A DNA stretch of 61,863 nt, counting the filler, from Squatina squatina (Eukaryota): NCBI GenBank assembly GCA_031763465.1. It is 4 parts of 3 records of this genome, joined end to end, with 100 filler letters (N's around TTAATTAATTAA, not from the genome) between each part and the next. Parts side by side here need not be neighbours in the genome. Positions count along the whole stretch, not along the records: positions 1 to 18,634 come from JARFOE010000016.1; positions 18,735 to 32,327 come from JARFOE010000189.1; 2 more parts are not named here. The stretch is one strand, 5' to 3'. The notes beneath the pieces are model-generated. The model was not told where the DNA came from. It ran no database searches and saw only the letters and a program-made list of their open reading frames with translations. A program made the translations under genes and the position numbers. Positions 11,991-23,793 of the stretch are shown here, one piece after another; the stretch's first letter is position 1; each line of letters starts with the position of its first letter.

Positions 11991-12590
11991 CACACCAGCA
12001 TTTCGAGTGGGGTGGCTAGCTTGCTGGCCCCGCATTTTCAGCCGGAGATCTTAGGGGTCAAGGAGCCTGTGCCAGGCTCCATGTCACTGTTCACTTCGGG
12101 GACGTTCCACTTCATCTAGTGAATATGTCCACCCCCCCAGGCTGCTGCTCAGCAAGTGTGCTTCTTTCAATAAGATTCTGCTCTTTTAAGCTCCATCAAT
12201 GATGGCGAATGCATTGTCCTCGGGGTGGGGGGGGGATTTTAACTGTACCTTCGAGGCCAGGGACCGCACCGGGACCCAGCACGCTCCGGCGAGGATGGAG
12301 AGGTTGTGGGACCTGGTCGGGTCCTTCGACTTGGCGAACGTCTGGTGAATTTTCCATCCCGATTCCAGCGCCTTCACTTTTGTGAGGTCTGGAGGAGGAG
12401 CGTCCAAGAATCGACCGCCTCTATGTTTCGCGGGCGTATGCCTCCTGCATTCTGGCGGCCTCCATGCGGCCGGAGTCGTGCTCGGACCACCACCTGATGT
12501 GGGCGGAGTTCGCTCCGCTGAGCGCGAGGGTGGGGTCCGCGTACTGGCATTTTAACAACTTGCTGCTGGAGGATGGGCGGTTCTGGGTGT
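11991..12590 (+). mobile_element. Tx1/L1-clade APE fragment (copy 2, frameshifted)
   Basis: Near-identical to 11473-11890 and extends to the SDH-like motif (tcggaccaccac) and YWHFNNLLLED. Confidence 0.85.
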
Positions 12591-13499
12591 AAGAATCAGG
12601 TCAAAATCCAGACTTTAGAACCATAAAACCAGAAACCAGCACAGCAAGAATCAAACCAGTGGTTCAAGGACTGAATTAAAACACAGAAGCAAAACTANNN
12701 NNNNNNNNNNNNNNNNNNNNNNNNNNNNNNNNNNNNNNNNNNNNNNNNNNNNNNNNNNNNNNNNNNNNNNNNNNNNNNNNNNNNNNNNNNNNNNNNNACT
12801 GACACTTGAAGCAATACTGGTTAATTACATGTGTGCCAACCATCCTGGCTCATGTTAACGTCTCTTCTGATGTTGGCCTAGTATGAGCCCAACCACTTCC
12901 CTGCACTCCACCAGTGACTGCTGAGACTTCATGACCTTTCTCTGTGTAATCCTTGCTGTGATATGATCTGTTCATGCACGAGTTGCACCCTGGTTATTCT
13001 CACCATTCCTTGACTCCCCTGTGCCCCAGTTACTATAATTACCACTCATGTACATAAGTGCACCTCTAATCTCTCCATGTTACTACATCTCGGTTATTTA
13101 GCAATCTATGTATACACCCACACACTGCTTGTAATTCTCACCATCTCTCTACGCTACTGCGGCTTCCCAGTTTACATTACTGGGTTCCAGCTGGCAGCTA
13201 CACTATCTATTACTTTACCAGGCTCTGATTGCTATTTTCACCGTACGGAACACATTCAGACTCCAGGTCCCAGCTGCACTGTGTAGCGTTAGACACATGT
13301 CTGTTCCCTCAGGCCAATCATAGGCACCATTACAGCTCTAAATTGCTACATTTAGTATACCCTGTATCTTTGCCCTTGTCCTGGAGCTTTATCTGGTACA
13401 TTTTTATTAAATTATTTAGAAATGTAGAACACTAAGTTCCTAATGATCTCCAGCGCACACTTAAAACCATCTCCAAGTGTGTGTTGCATTGTACCTAGG

Positions 13500-14030
13500 A
13501 ACACGTGTAGGCCATTCAGCCCCTTGAGCCTGTTCGTTATTCAGTTAGAACATGGCTGATCTGTCCCTCAACTCCATTTACCTGCCTTTGCTCCGTATCC
13601 CTTGATCTACTTTCCTAACAAAAATCTATTGATCTCGGTCTTGAAAATGTCAATTGATCCCCAGCATTCACAGCCTTTGGAGCAGAGAATTTCAGATTTC
13701 CACGAGTCTTTGTGTGAAGTGTTTCCTGACTTTATTCCTAAATGGCCAAGCACTAATTTTAAGATTGTGGCCCCCTTGTTCTGATTTCCTGCAGCAAAAG
13801 AAATACTTTCTCTGTATCTACCGTATAAAATCCCTTTATCATTTTAAACACTTCAATTAGCTCACCCCTCAAATTTCTAAACTTAAGGGGATACAAGCCA
13901 AGTTGATGTAATATGTCCTCATAATTTAACCCTTTAAGCCGAGTGGAATCTACGTTGTACCCCCTCTAATATATCCTTCCTGAGATGCAATGCCCAAACC
14001 TGGGTGCAGTACTGCAGATGGGGTCTGACC
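13500..14030 (-). mobile_element. CR1 LINE 3' portion
   Basis: Reverse-strand CR1 tail (gtaggccattcagccccttgagcctg) plus ORF2 C-terminal remnants. Confidence 0.8.
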
Positions 14031-15044
14031 AGTGTCTGCTAAGTCACTGTAGGATCATAAGATAATGACCGACTTCTCTAGGATAGAAAGAATCCTAGAG
14101 AGTCTTAGCAACTCTCTGACCAAGTGGGTTACAGTATTGTGTGTTTAGGTACTGTTGTGACTAATGTCTCAGTTTCTTATGGTAAGGAGGGAATTATGTT
14201 AGTTGATGCAGGTAATGTTCAGACCAAGACATCTTAAATGTTGTATTTTTTTCCAACTTTTTCCTATTTTCCCCTGAAAGCACCAACCCCTGCTGGGGTA
14301 CTATTCTTTGATGTCCAGTACCTTACCCAAGAGACTATTCATGTGTGTTGGCAAGCTATTCAGAGGATAAGCATTACTGCATAGCCCACCCTGTTCTCGC
14401 CATGTACACATACACACAGTTTCCAGTAAGAGAGTGATCAGGAGTGAGAACCCAGGCAGGTTCTGTAGCTGAGCCAGGTGTAGAGCACCACTGGCTCAGC
14501 ACAGGCAAAACAATCAACCAAGAAATAAACCGGGTCTAGCAATTAGACGAGTAATCTGAGCAGCTCCGTGCATCTCCCTTTGTTGCACAAATTATCTTTC
14601 CTTCAAGCATATTTTCATCGTGGTGGTGAGATAGTGGCTGTCCTGTTTACAATCATGATGCTGAGATGCTAGATAGGTTACAAATGCAGTCATTATGGCT
14701 GCTTGGCACATGGAGCATAAAGCCCCATTTGGGATGGTTCACTATTGGCAGCTTTGTATTCTTGGCTTTACTTACAGGAATGTGCGATGAATTGAAGCTT
14801 CTGGAATTACTCACACCAGGTGGCTGCCCCTCTGGAGGGGTCCTTGCTCTGGAAATTGGTTCTCTGTAGATGACTCCCACTATGCAGAAGGTTTATGCTT
14901 TTATGGAGGCGGTACATGCGCTGTAGATTATTCTGCACTTGAGTNNNNNNNNNNNNNNNNNNNNNNNNNNNNNNNNNNNNNNNNNNNNNNNNNNNNNNNN
15001 NNNNNNNNNNNNNNNNNNNNNNNNNNNNNNNNNNNNNNNNNNNN

Positions 15045-15570
15045 GCATATATAATACTTTGGGATTCCCTTTTATGTTATACGCCAATGTATTTTTGTAC
15101 TGTCTCTTTGCCCCTCTTATTTCCTTTTTCACTTCTACTCTGTACTTTTTTTATTCAGCCTGATTCTCCCTTGTATTAGCAAGCTGACATTTGTCATATG
15201 CCCCCTTTTTCTGCTTCATCCTACTCTCCAACTCAACTGTCGTCTAGGGAGCTCTTGCTTTGGTTGCCCTCTTTTCCCCCCTTGTAGGAATGTATCCAAC
15301 CATCTCCTCTTTAAAGGCCGCCCATTGCTCCATTACGTTTTAGCCGGCCAATTTACCTGGGTCAGATGCCTCCTCAATTCGCTAAAATTAACCCTCCTCC
15401 AGGGAAGTACTTTGATTCTAGATTGCTCCTTGACCCTCTCCATAACTAATCTATACCTTACAACACTATGATCACTATTCCGGAGATGCTCTCCAGCTGT
15501 GACATTCTCCACTTAACCCACTTCATTCCTCAGGACTAGATACAGCAATGCTTCCTTCTTTGTTGGGCAG
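15045..15570 (-). mobile_element. CR1 LINE ORF2 fragment (endonuclease-RT linker)
   Basis: Translates KKEIRGAKRQYKNTLAYNIKGNPKVLY, with an SDH motif upstream. Confidence 0.75.
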
Positions 15571-16904
15571 GATACACATGCTGCGTTAGCGAGTGGAAAA
15601 ATATATAATCAGTGAGTGCTCCCACTCCTGATCACTATCCAATGACTCCTGTTGGAAGAGCATGTGTGGCAGAGGGTTGGGTTTCACGATGATGCCCTCC
15701 TACAGGTCAGGTATCCTGCGAACACTCACTGTCAAGGCTAAACAATGATAAGTACTGGAAAGCACCGGCTGCCCATGGAACTAGATCCCTGCAGGATTAG
15801 TTTTCATAACTTCATTCATAATCTTGAGAGCTTTAATTAGCTCTTTAATTTTCTTCACATGAGCATTCTTAACAATTTAATGCATTTTCAGTCAGTAATG
15901 TTCAATAAACACCAAGAACTTTGCTACCAGTGAATAACAACAGCTTAATTGAGTAGAAAACTGAAGACAGTCAAAACAGACTGAACATTTGTGAACTTCA
16001 ATCAGTTGAACAACCTCAATTCTTTAATACAATGCACAAGTGCCTTGCAGTTTATATGTTACAAAAGAGAAAGTCAGAAACAACACTGACAATTCAAAAG
16101 GTTTAAAATTGGATTAAAATGAGGTCACTTGCAATTTAAGTGCAGTAGGAAAGAACACAATGAGTTGAACCTGGTAAGTCTTATTGATGCTTCAGCACTC
16201 ACCAGGAAGACACAAATTCAAAGCCCCTACTCTGCTCAGATCCCAATGTGACTCTGCAGCCGGTGCAGCAGAAGCTACAATGTCTACTTGCAGAGGGCTG
16301 ATGGTGAAGGGGAGGAGAGAAAAAGGACACGGTGTCCTCGCCAGACGACTGTTGTGCACCTCCTAGCGAGTTTCCAAAGTGAGCACGGGCAGAGGAGGTC
16401 TGGAACACAATGCCCACTAATCAGTGGGAATGCATAACCCAGCAGGACCCAAACAGGGAGAAAACCCAACCCTGGTTCAAAGAGACAACAACAGAAATAT
16501 GTCCCTATTGATCATTTTCATTTAGACATGCGGCCCATGAGAGACAAACCATCACATTTTTAAACACTGCTACTTTGAACCTTGGTCAACAAGATGGTTT
16601 TTCCCTAAACATTCTGGTTATACCACTCTACACACTTTTATAAGACACAAGTTTAGAATCAGCATCAGGATCAGTGTCATCAGAACCAGCAATGTGAGAA
16701 TGGTATGGATAAGGGAAGAGCAGTTTTTTTTTGCTGCTTGTTCATCCATACTGGAAGGTCACTGTGCACCAGTGCATATTCAGGATGATTAGCACTTCTG
16801 CTTTGTAAATCTGCAACAAAAAAGCACTATATAAATTTATCAAGAAATCACTGGGACCTTATAGTTTCCATTCGAGCATCATGAGGGAAGCCTCTGACTA
16901 TAAT

Positions 16905-17095
16905 TTCCCAAAATGCCCTAGAAAGTAAAATTTTGCCAGAGGACTGGAGGGTGGCAAATGTGGCATCCCTCTAAAAAATGAGAGACTGGGATAAGCCAGG
17001 TAATTATAGGCCAGTCGGCATTACTTCAGCTGTTGGTAAACTAAAACCAAAATCACGAAACAGTTGGAGAAACACGAGTTTCTCAGGGCCAGTCA
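16905..17095 (+). mobile_element. CR1 RT fragment
   Basis: Translates LPEDWRVANV...DKPGNYRPVGITSAVGK. Confidence 0.75.
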
Positions 17096-17599
17096 GCAAC
17101 AATTAAAGGAGAGCAGATGGGGAGGAGAGGAGAGTGGGATAGTTGGGGACAGTAGGCAGATGTGAGGGCTGCAGAGGTGGGAAGTGGGGGGGAATGAGGN
17201 NNNNNNNNNNNNNNNNNNNNNNNNNNNNNNNNNNNNNNNNNNNNNNNNNNNNNNNNNNNNNNNNNNNNNNNNNNNNNNNNNNNNNNNNNNNNNNNNNNNC
17301 CAACACAAGTAACCCACGCATGTAAGAAGTCATCAAGGCATAAACCTAGTGTATCAAGATATAAAAAACATTAATAATCCAATCCTGCCCTTTTTTGTGC
17401 CACGCCTCAGTTATTCAACTACATCATAGTCCCATGTGACTAGTTGCACCTGCAGCTCGCCAACCTTATTAACCACACTTTGTGCATTTACACACATGCA
17501 CTGTAAACCTAACTTAGACCTCTTTGTATTTTCCATGATCCCACCTAATTCTGTATTATTTCTAACTCTAATTATTTCTCTTCATCCTCTGCACCTTGT

Positions 17600-17985
17600 T
17601 TCTAGTTTTTAATACAATGTCCTGGTGAATTAGTTTAAACTCACCCCCACAGCACTAGGTAACCTGGCCGCAAGGATATTTGTCGCAGCTGTGTTCAGGC
17701 GCAAAGCATCCATCTTGAACAGGTCCCTCCAGCCACAGAACTGCTCCCAATGTCCCAGGAATCTGATNNNNNNNNNNAGCCACACATTAACCTGCCATAT
17801 CTTCCTATTTCTACTCTCACTAGTGCTTGGCATTGGGAGTAATCCAGAGACTACTGCCTTTGAGGTCCTGCTTTTTAACTTCCTTCCTAGCTCCTTAAAG
17901 TCTGACTACAGGTCCTCAACCCTCTAACTCCCTATGTGATTTGTTCCGACATGGACCATGACTTCTGGCTCTTCGCCTTCCCCTG
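17600..17985 (-). mobile_element. CR1 ORF1 (SGNH/esterase-like) fragment
   Basis: Translates RNRKIWQVNVW...RFLGHWEQF...DLFKMDALRLN...TNILAAR. Confidence 0.7.
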
Positions 17986-18044
17986 GGATCAGCACGAGAG
18001 ATCAACTATTTTCAAGTACGTCCATGACTAGTGTCACATCCTGA

Positions 18045-18239
<195 letters not shown>

Positions 18240-18282
18240 TAAGTATGGATTATCCGTAATGTTAATTCTCTTTCAGACATAA

Positions 18283-18634
18283 TGGCCCTAAAATTGCGGT
18301 TGGGGGCTGCCTGCGGGTGAAAGCGGGCGACCATTAAAAATGTTATGAAAGTAGCTGGTGGTCCATGAGTTTCACACGCTTGCAGTTCTGGGCCTCTATG
18401 TGCAAGCCAGCGTAGAGGCCCATGTATCCCAGCAGCGTATGCGGTTCGCATGCATGGCTGGGATCACATGGGCAGGCCCAACCATCCAAGGTAGGGGTAT
18501 TCTCATTCATACTTATAGTGAGTCCTGTTTGTACAGAGCCACTATAAGTATGAATGGGAATTCTGAAAATCACCACAAACACATCTAAATAAATGAAAAA
18601 AAGTTCACAATTAAAATGAATTAAAATGCAATTT
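18283..18634 (+). mobile_element. 5' part of a non-autonomous DNA transposon (family of 42327-43055)
   Basis: Starts tggccctaaaattgcg, the same TIR as the 42327 element. Confidence 0.55.
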
Positions 18635-18734
18635 NNNNNNNNNNNNNNNNNNNNNNNNNNNNNNNNNNNNNNNNNNNNTTAATTAATTAANNNNNNNNNN
18701 NNNNNNNNNNNNNNNNNNNNNNNNNNNNNNNNNN
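18635..18734. other. Artificial scaffold linker
   Basis: 44N + TTAATTAATTAA (stops in all six frames) + 44N. Confidence 0.97.
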
Positions 18735-19101
18735 TTTCAATGTATACATGTTGAACATTTATAGAGTGAATTTCTGAGCTCCGCACTCCACAGGGTCCCT
18801 GGAACAATGGGTCCATAACACTGTTTGCTGACAGTGAAAGCTGTAGAGGAGACAAGCTCACTGTGGCACCTGCGTCAACATATACAAGTGTGGGGGTGAA
18901 ATTGTTCTTCGACAGTACCATAACTGGGGAGACAGGTTACCAGTTATCCATGTTATACGTTGACTGATTATGTTCAAATGAAAAGAAAATGGGCCCCTGA
19001 GAAAAGTGTGCGGACGACCTGAAATCATCCACATGACCCAAATTTTACCCCTATGTGTACTCGTGGCTTTAATATTAATGTGTTTCCTTTCCATTCTACA
19101 G

Positions 19102-19407
19102 ATTACCTTCCCAAACCGTCAGTATCACTTAACCGCCGGGATAATGTATTCGTTAGTGGAGAACCGGTGAAGCTTTCTTGTAAAGCACGGTCTCCATTTT
19201 TGGGCAGCACTTTTAATATTTACAAAGGAGGCCAAATTATTTCAATCAAAACGGAGAGAGCCCAGCCATGGCAATCCGCGGTCACCATTGACATCACGGA
19301 CCTATTTGGGATTGGGTCAGAAGATTTTTCCTGTGTGTATAAAAAAACAATGTCAGAGCAGGAGATCACCTCCGAGCGAAGTGATAATGTGACGGTAACA
19401 GTACTGG
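19102..19407 (+). CDS. Single C2-type immunoglobulin-domain exon, LRC/FcR-like receptor family
   Basis: ccattctacag|AT ... G|gtaagt, 306 bp, phase 1-1. Translates DYLPKPSVSL...GEPVKLSC...FNIYKGG...EDFSCVY...SERSDNVTVTVL, with two Ig cysteines. Confidence 0.85.
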
Positions 19408-19473
19408 GTAAGTTCAATATCTTCCAATGGAAGAACATCCGATATCACGTGATGCCACCTCACGTCATTACAA

Positions 19474-19720
19474 TTAGGCGGGTGAAATTGGTCTTTGGCA
19501 GTCGGAAAATTGTATGGGAATCAAGAGGCCATCTATTGTACACCCAATTTGATCTTCATTTATATGGACAAATACCCGGAGGAACTCTTCTGGAACAGAG
19601 GTGCAAAATGGATGGCATCTGATGGGCTGCCAGTTATACGCAGCCCCTGATATGGAGTTCCATTGTTGATCAGATATCGCCCAATGTGTGCGACCAGTGT
19701 AGTCGAATTTCTCACCTTAA
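19474..19720. mobile_element. Palindromic MITE-like element
   Basis: Ends ttaggcgggtgaaattg and gaatttctcaccttaa. Internal inverted pair ccatctattgtacacc / ggtgcaaaatggatgg. Confidence 0.5.
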
Positions 19721-20719
19721 CAAAGTATCAGCCGTTTTTCGCTTCCAACCAAGGCAAAATTCATGCCAAAAGGCTAAGGCTATTGCTGGGAGAGGAGCCG
19801 CCTTTGGGAACAGGTGGGCTCTTCATATTGTACTTTGACCTAGTGTGGAGCAAGAGGGGGGTGGAATCAAAACCCCAAAGCAATTGAGCCTATGGCACGG
19901 TATGATGGCAGCGCACTTTCAACTCAAACAGAGTTCAATTGGCGAAGGAGATAGGAGCCACGTGGTTTGGCGGGGACCTAAAATTGGGTAGAAGAACTAA
20001 TCCGAAAATGGATAATGGAAGAATAAATGCGAGTAAACACTGGTCAAGGAACTCGAAGCTAAAGTGCACATTCGGAGCTCCAGCCGCTGCTGTCATAAAG
20101 AGTGGGGCGGAATTTCACCTCTGCTTTCCCACGAGCAATGATGCGCGCCCTCAGCTATGTCGCACAAGAGTCGAGCAGGATCCAAGCACTTCTCTGTGGG
20201 GTCGAAGGGAAATGAAAGAGCAGGTTGCCAGAGGCCACACTTGTCCGCTTTCCCCTGGTTACTTTAATCNNNNNNNNNNCAGAGGAGCGAAAGTGAAATA
20301 ACTGTGTGCTCACTCAGCTTGTGGCCTTGGCAAGGCAATGTAACAGTCATTATAAAAAGCGAGTCATTTATTCATTCATTCTTATTTTGGCTATCGTGTA
20401 TTTGCCCTTCAGATAGATTGCTTTTTCATATGATCAATACAACACAGCATGGATTATTTGCAATTTACAGAGTTTTAAGTCTTTCACTACATGTACTAAA
20501 AGGCATGCTGAGTCAGTATTTTCAGAGGAAAAGGTTTGAGTAATTTTCCTACTCAGGTCTTTTAAATCAGGCTTAGTGGATTGTCAGTCTATTTTAATCA
20601 TTGTTTTTAAAACTTTCATTTCTGGCAGGCTTTGCCACCAGCTGCGTTTGCACTGCAGCAAATGTGTTCTGATTCCACAGTAAGACCACTTCTTTCAGCT
20701 TAGCTTGCAACCCGCTGCA

Positions 20720-21093
20720 ATCTTTAGCACTCCTTCGAGCAGAGAAGTCTAAGAGGAGATTTGATAGAGGTGTTTCAAAAACCATGACGGGTTTAGACAG
20801 AGCAAATAAAAAGAAATGGCCTCCAGTGGCTGAATGGTCAGTAACCAGAGGGCACAGATTTAAGGTGATTGGCAAAAGAGCCAATCAGGAGAAGTGTGAG
20901 GTATTTGGGGAGGGCTAACAAGGCAAGGGGATACACAATAAATAGTCGGGCACTGAGAAGTGTAGAGGAACAGAGGGACCTTGGAGTGCCTGTCCACAGA
21001 TCCCTGAAGGTGGCTGGACAGGTAGATAAGGTGGTTAAGAAGGCATACGGGATACAGGGAATTATAGACCAGTTAGCCTGACATCGGTCGTGG
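20720..21093 (+). mobile_element. CR1 LINE fragments (mosaic)
   Basis: Translates YTINSRALRSVEEQRDLGVPVHRSLKVAGQVDKVVKKAYG, and contains a nyrpvsltsvv-like segment. Confidence 0.8.
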
Positions 21094-21193
21094 NNNNNNN
21101 NNNNNNNNNNNNNNNNNNNNNNNNNNNNNNNNNNNNNNNNNNNNNNNNNNNNNNNNNNNNNNNNNNNNNNNNNNNNNNNNNNNNNNNNNNNNN

Positions 21194-21516
21194 ATTAATT
21201 TTTCTGATTTTTTTTACATTTCTTACGATCAAGCAGATACGCTAGGTTTCGCCAAGCGTAAGAAACATAGAACATAGAACATAGAAAATACAGCACTTCA
21301 AGAGATTCCCTAGCAGAAAGCTTTGCAAAAATATCATAAAGCTCAGTGCTGGGGTTGGGCTTCGCAGCCCCGGCATTGGACTCGTCCAGGAGTTTCTGGA
21401 CAGATCGCAAATGCGGGTTAAGCGGGCTTACGATTGACAGCCCCATAGCCGGCGTTTGCGATGTCTCCCCGGGTGCGTGGGAACATCATTCCCACCCGGG
21501 GACATCGCAATTTCAG
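21194..21516 (+). mobile_element. 3' part of a non-autonomous DNA transposon (family of 42327-43055)
   Basis: gggtgcgtgggaacatcattcccacccggggacatcgcaatttcag matches 43006-43050. Confidence 0.6.
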
Positions 21517-21674
21517 CATTAACTCTTGTTTCTTTCTCCACAGATGCTGCCTGACCTGCTGAATATTTCCAGCATTCTATGTTTTTAATTAATCCTCCAA
21601 ACTATTTGCTTTACCAGTTCCCTCAGATCATTGAATAGTGTCTGTTTTGTCCTTGGAAGGTCTCACTTTTTTTT

Positions 21675-22120
21675 GTTCCTGGGATGTCGGCATTGCTGGC
21701 AAAGCCAGCATTTATTGCTCATCCCTCGTTGCCCTTGAGAAGGTGGTGATGAGCTGTGTTCTTGAACCACTGCAGTCCTTGTGGTGACTTTTTTCAAAGT
21801 GCTTGCTTATAACTGATTGGCTTTCAAGGTCATTTCATTCAACCACATTGCTTTGGGCCTGGAGTCACATATAGACCAGATCAGGTAAGGATGGACAGAT
21901 TCCCTTCCCTAAAGGACATTAGTGAGCCAGATGGGTTTTTACAACAATCCGATAGCTTCATGGTCACCATTACTGACGCCAGCTTTTTTTTAAATTCCAG
22001 ATTATTTTTTAATTAACTGAATGTAAATTTCACAGCTGCTATGGTGGGATTTGGATTTACATCTCTGGATCAATAGTCCAAGCCTCTGGATTACTGGTCC
22101 CGCAACTTAACCACTTAGCT
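21675..22120 (-). mobile_element. tRNA-headed SINE/LINE-related elasmobranch repeat
   Basis: The reverse strand begins gtggttaag...gtaatccagaggc...aaatcccacc and ends with the tail ttctcaagggcaac...aataaatgctggc. Confidence 0.6.
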
Positions 22121-22386
22121 GCCTGCAAAATGAAGGGAACTTTATTTTCTCAGTAACATGTCAATAAGAAGCTGTTTGTCCCAAGGATGCCCCACACTGA
22201 GGACAGAGCACTTGGTAGAGTCACTCGACAGAACGCTCCCACCCACCGCCTGCTTTGTGACTTTAACGCATTCTGTCCATGGCATCTCAAAGCCAGCCGG
22301 GAAAATTGGATATTTCATTCTCTATCACCTCCGGAACTGGATGTTTAAAAGTATCTGTGTAGAGGGTAATTACATAGGTTGAAAGC

Positions 22387-22392
22387 TTTATT
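22387..22392 (-). terminator. Candidate polyadenylation signal of the 22789-23751 gene
   Basis: AATAAA on the minus strand about 400 nt downstream of the stop codon. Confidence 0.5.
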
Positions 22393-22788
22393 CAATTGTA
22401 TTTCCGTTCATTTAAAACCCATCAATAAAATACACAAAGGGAAATATTCTTCCCAAACCTTCGTTAATTTAGCGTCTCAACTATACTGTTCGCAAACACT
22501 GGCGAAAATCCGAAGATAGAAGAGGGTTGCCTTCTGAAAACAGGATCAGTGTGTGTGACCGCCTCAGGGCGAGAAACCGGGCTATAAGCAGTAAGATATT
22601 CAATCAACATCAATAAACCTACAGTGACTACGCAGTAAAATAGAAAAGAATCACATTTTCCCGATTATTCTTTTGAATGCTAATATATGAAATTATCGCT
22701 ATATATTGCAACAGTCCCCAAAGGCCAAAGAATCAAGTTTAAAATATTGCAGAGCGGTAGCTGAGAATTCGAGTTTGCAGCACACTGG

Positions 22789-23751
22789 TTAGTTCGCATT
22801 GTCCGAGTCACACAGAGATCTGCGGATCTCCTCCGCCTCATCCCGGCTCAGATACACTTTGCGGAATCGTTGACTGTATTCCATTTCACAGACGGTAAGG
22901 TGTTTGCACTCCAGGGGGACCGGGAACTCGGGCTTTTCATCGGGCAGGTGGAAGGCAAAGCTCATGTACTCCCAGGAGCGACGGTCTGGGTAACAGTCAT
23001 CGACTCTCCACTGCCCATCGCCATCCTTCCGCAGCACTCGGACTTCCGAGCCTGTTGATTGTGGGCTCCATGTCCAGTTGGTGCCTTCCCGGGAGACAAC
23101 TTCAGAAGGGAGTGGAGGGCATTTCTTGAATAGCTGGACACCGGGCGGGTGGACAGCCACAGTGTGCATGATCTCCAGACCATATCGGAAAGTTCCCAAC
23201 ACGCTGAACTCGGGATCTTTCCCCTGACAGACTGTTTTCTGATACTGGGCTATTAGATCATTGAGATTGTAGGTGAATTTGAAATTGCCGTAGTTGGATT
23301 TTTCCAGGAAAGCGGGAGAGCTGATATACTGCTCCAGCAGGGAGTCCCGCAAACCTTCCGGATCCTGGGACAGGTTTCCTACATAGTTGCCCGTTGTCTC
23401 CCTGTGTTCCCTCTTCTTTTCTTCTTTTTCCTCTTGGTTCACTTCGGCATGCCACCACGAGAAGCAGACGCTCAGATTTTCTCCTATGTTCTTTCCGTTT
23501 GCAAATTTCATGCACTGGTCATGGAGGATGCCCTTGACTCCTTTCGAGTTAGTGACATGGGTAACGTTTGTAATCGAGAAATGAGTGCGCTCTCCGTCTT
23601 GGGGATCATCAATTTTCACATCCAGTGCAGCGGAGTCTGGGAAAGTGAAGACTCTGCCCCATTTCTTGTTGTTAACGTGTTTCAGTGGGTAGAAGTCTTC
23701 AGGTCCGCCGAATCCAACCATAATTCGATGCCATTTCTGGACGGTGTACAT
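22789..23751 (-). CDS. Intronless uncharacterised 320-aa protein (fish-type family; possible ADP-ribosyltransferase-like fold)
   Basis: The longest uninterrupted ORF in the window, with no gaps or frameshifts. Probable start ACC-ATG at 23751 (the ORF track starts at an upstream TTG). Motifs THVT..G..GIL, FSWW, SSPAF..S.YGNFKF, Y..EIMH, W.W.P and WEY.SFAFH. Confidence 0.8.
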   Translation of the reverse strand: MYTVQKWHRIMVGFGGPEDFYPLKHVNNKKWGRVFTFPDSAALDVKIDDPQDGERTHFSITNVTHVTNSKGVKGILHDQCMKFANGKNIGENLSVCFSWWHAEVNQEEKEEKKREHRETTGNYVGNLSQDPEGLRDSLLEQYISSPAFLEKSNYGNFKFTYNLNDLIAQYQKTVCQGKDPEFSVLGTFRYGLEIMHTVAVHPPGVQLFKKCPPLPSEVVSREGTNWTWSPQSTGSEVRVLRKDGDGQWRVDDCYPDRRSWEYMSFAFHLPDEKPEFPVPLECKHLTVCEMEYSQRFRKVYLSRDEAEEIRRSLCDSDNAN

Positions 23752-23793
23752 GGTTTCCTCCAACCCAAGAGGAAGAGAGGAATCTGGTTCTCT

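Noticed and set aside
19408-19622. C-terminal half of the 189-aa ORF 19053-19622
   Set aside because: Read-through past the Ig exon splice donor into intron and MITE sequence.
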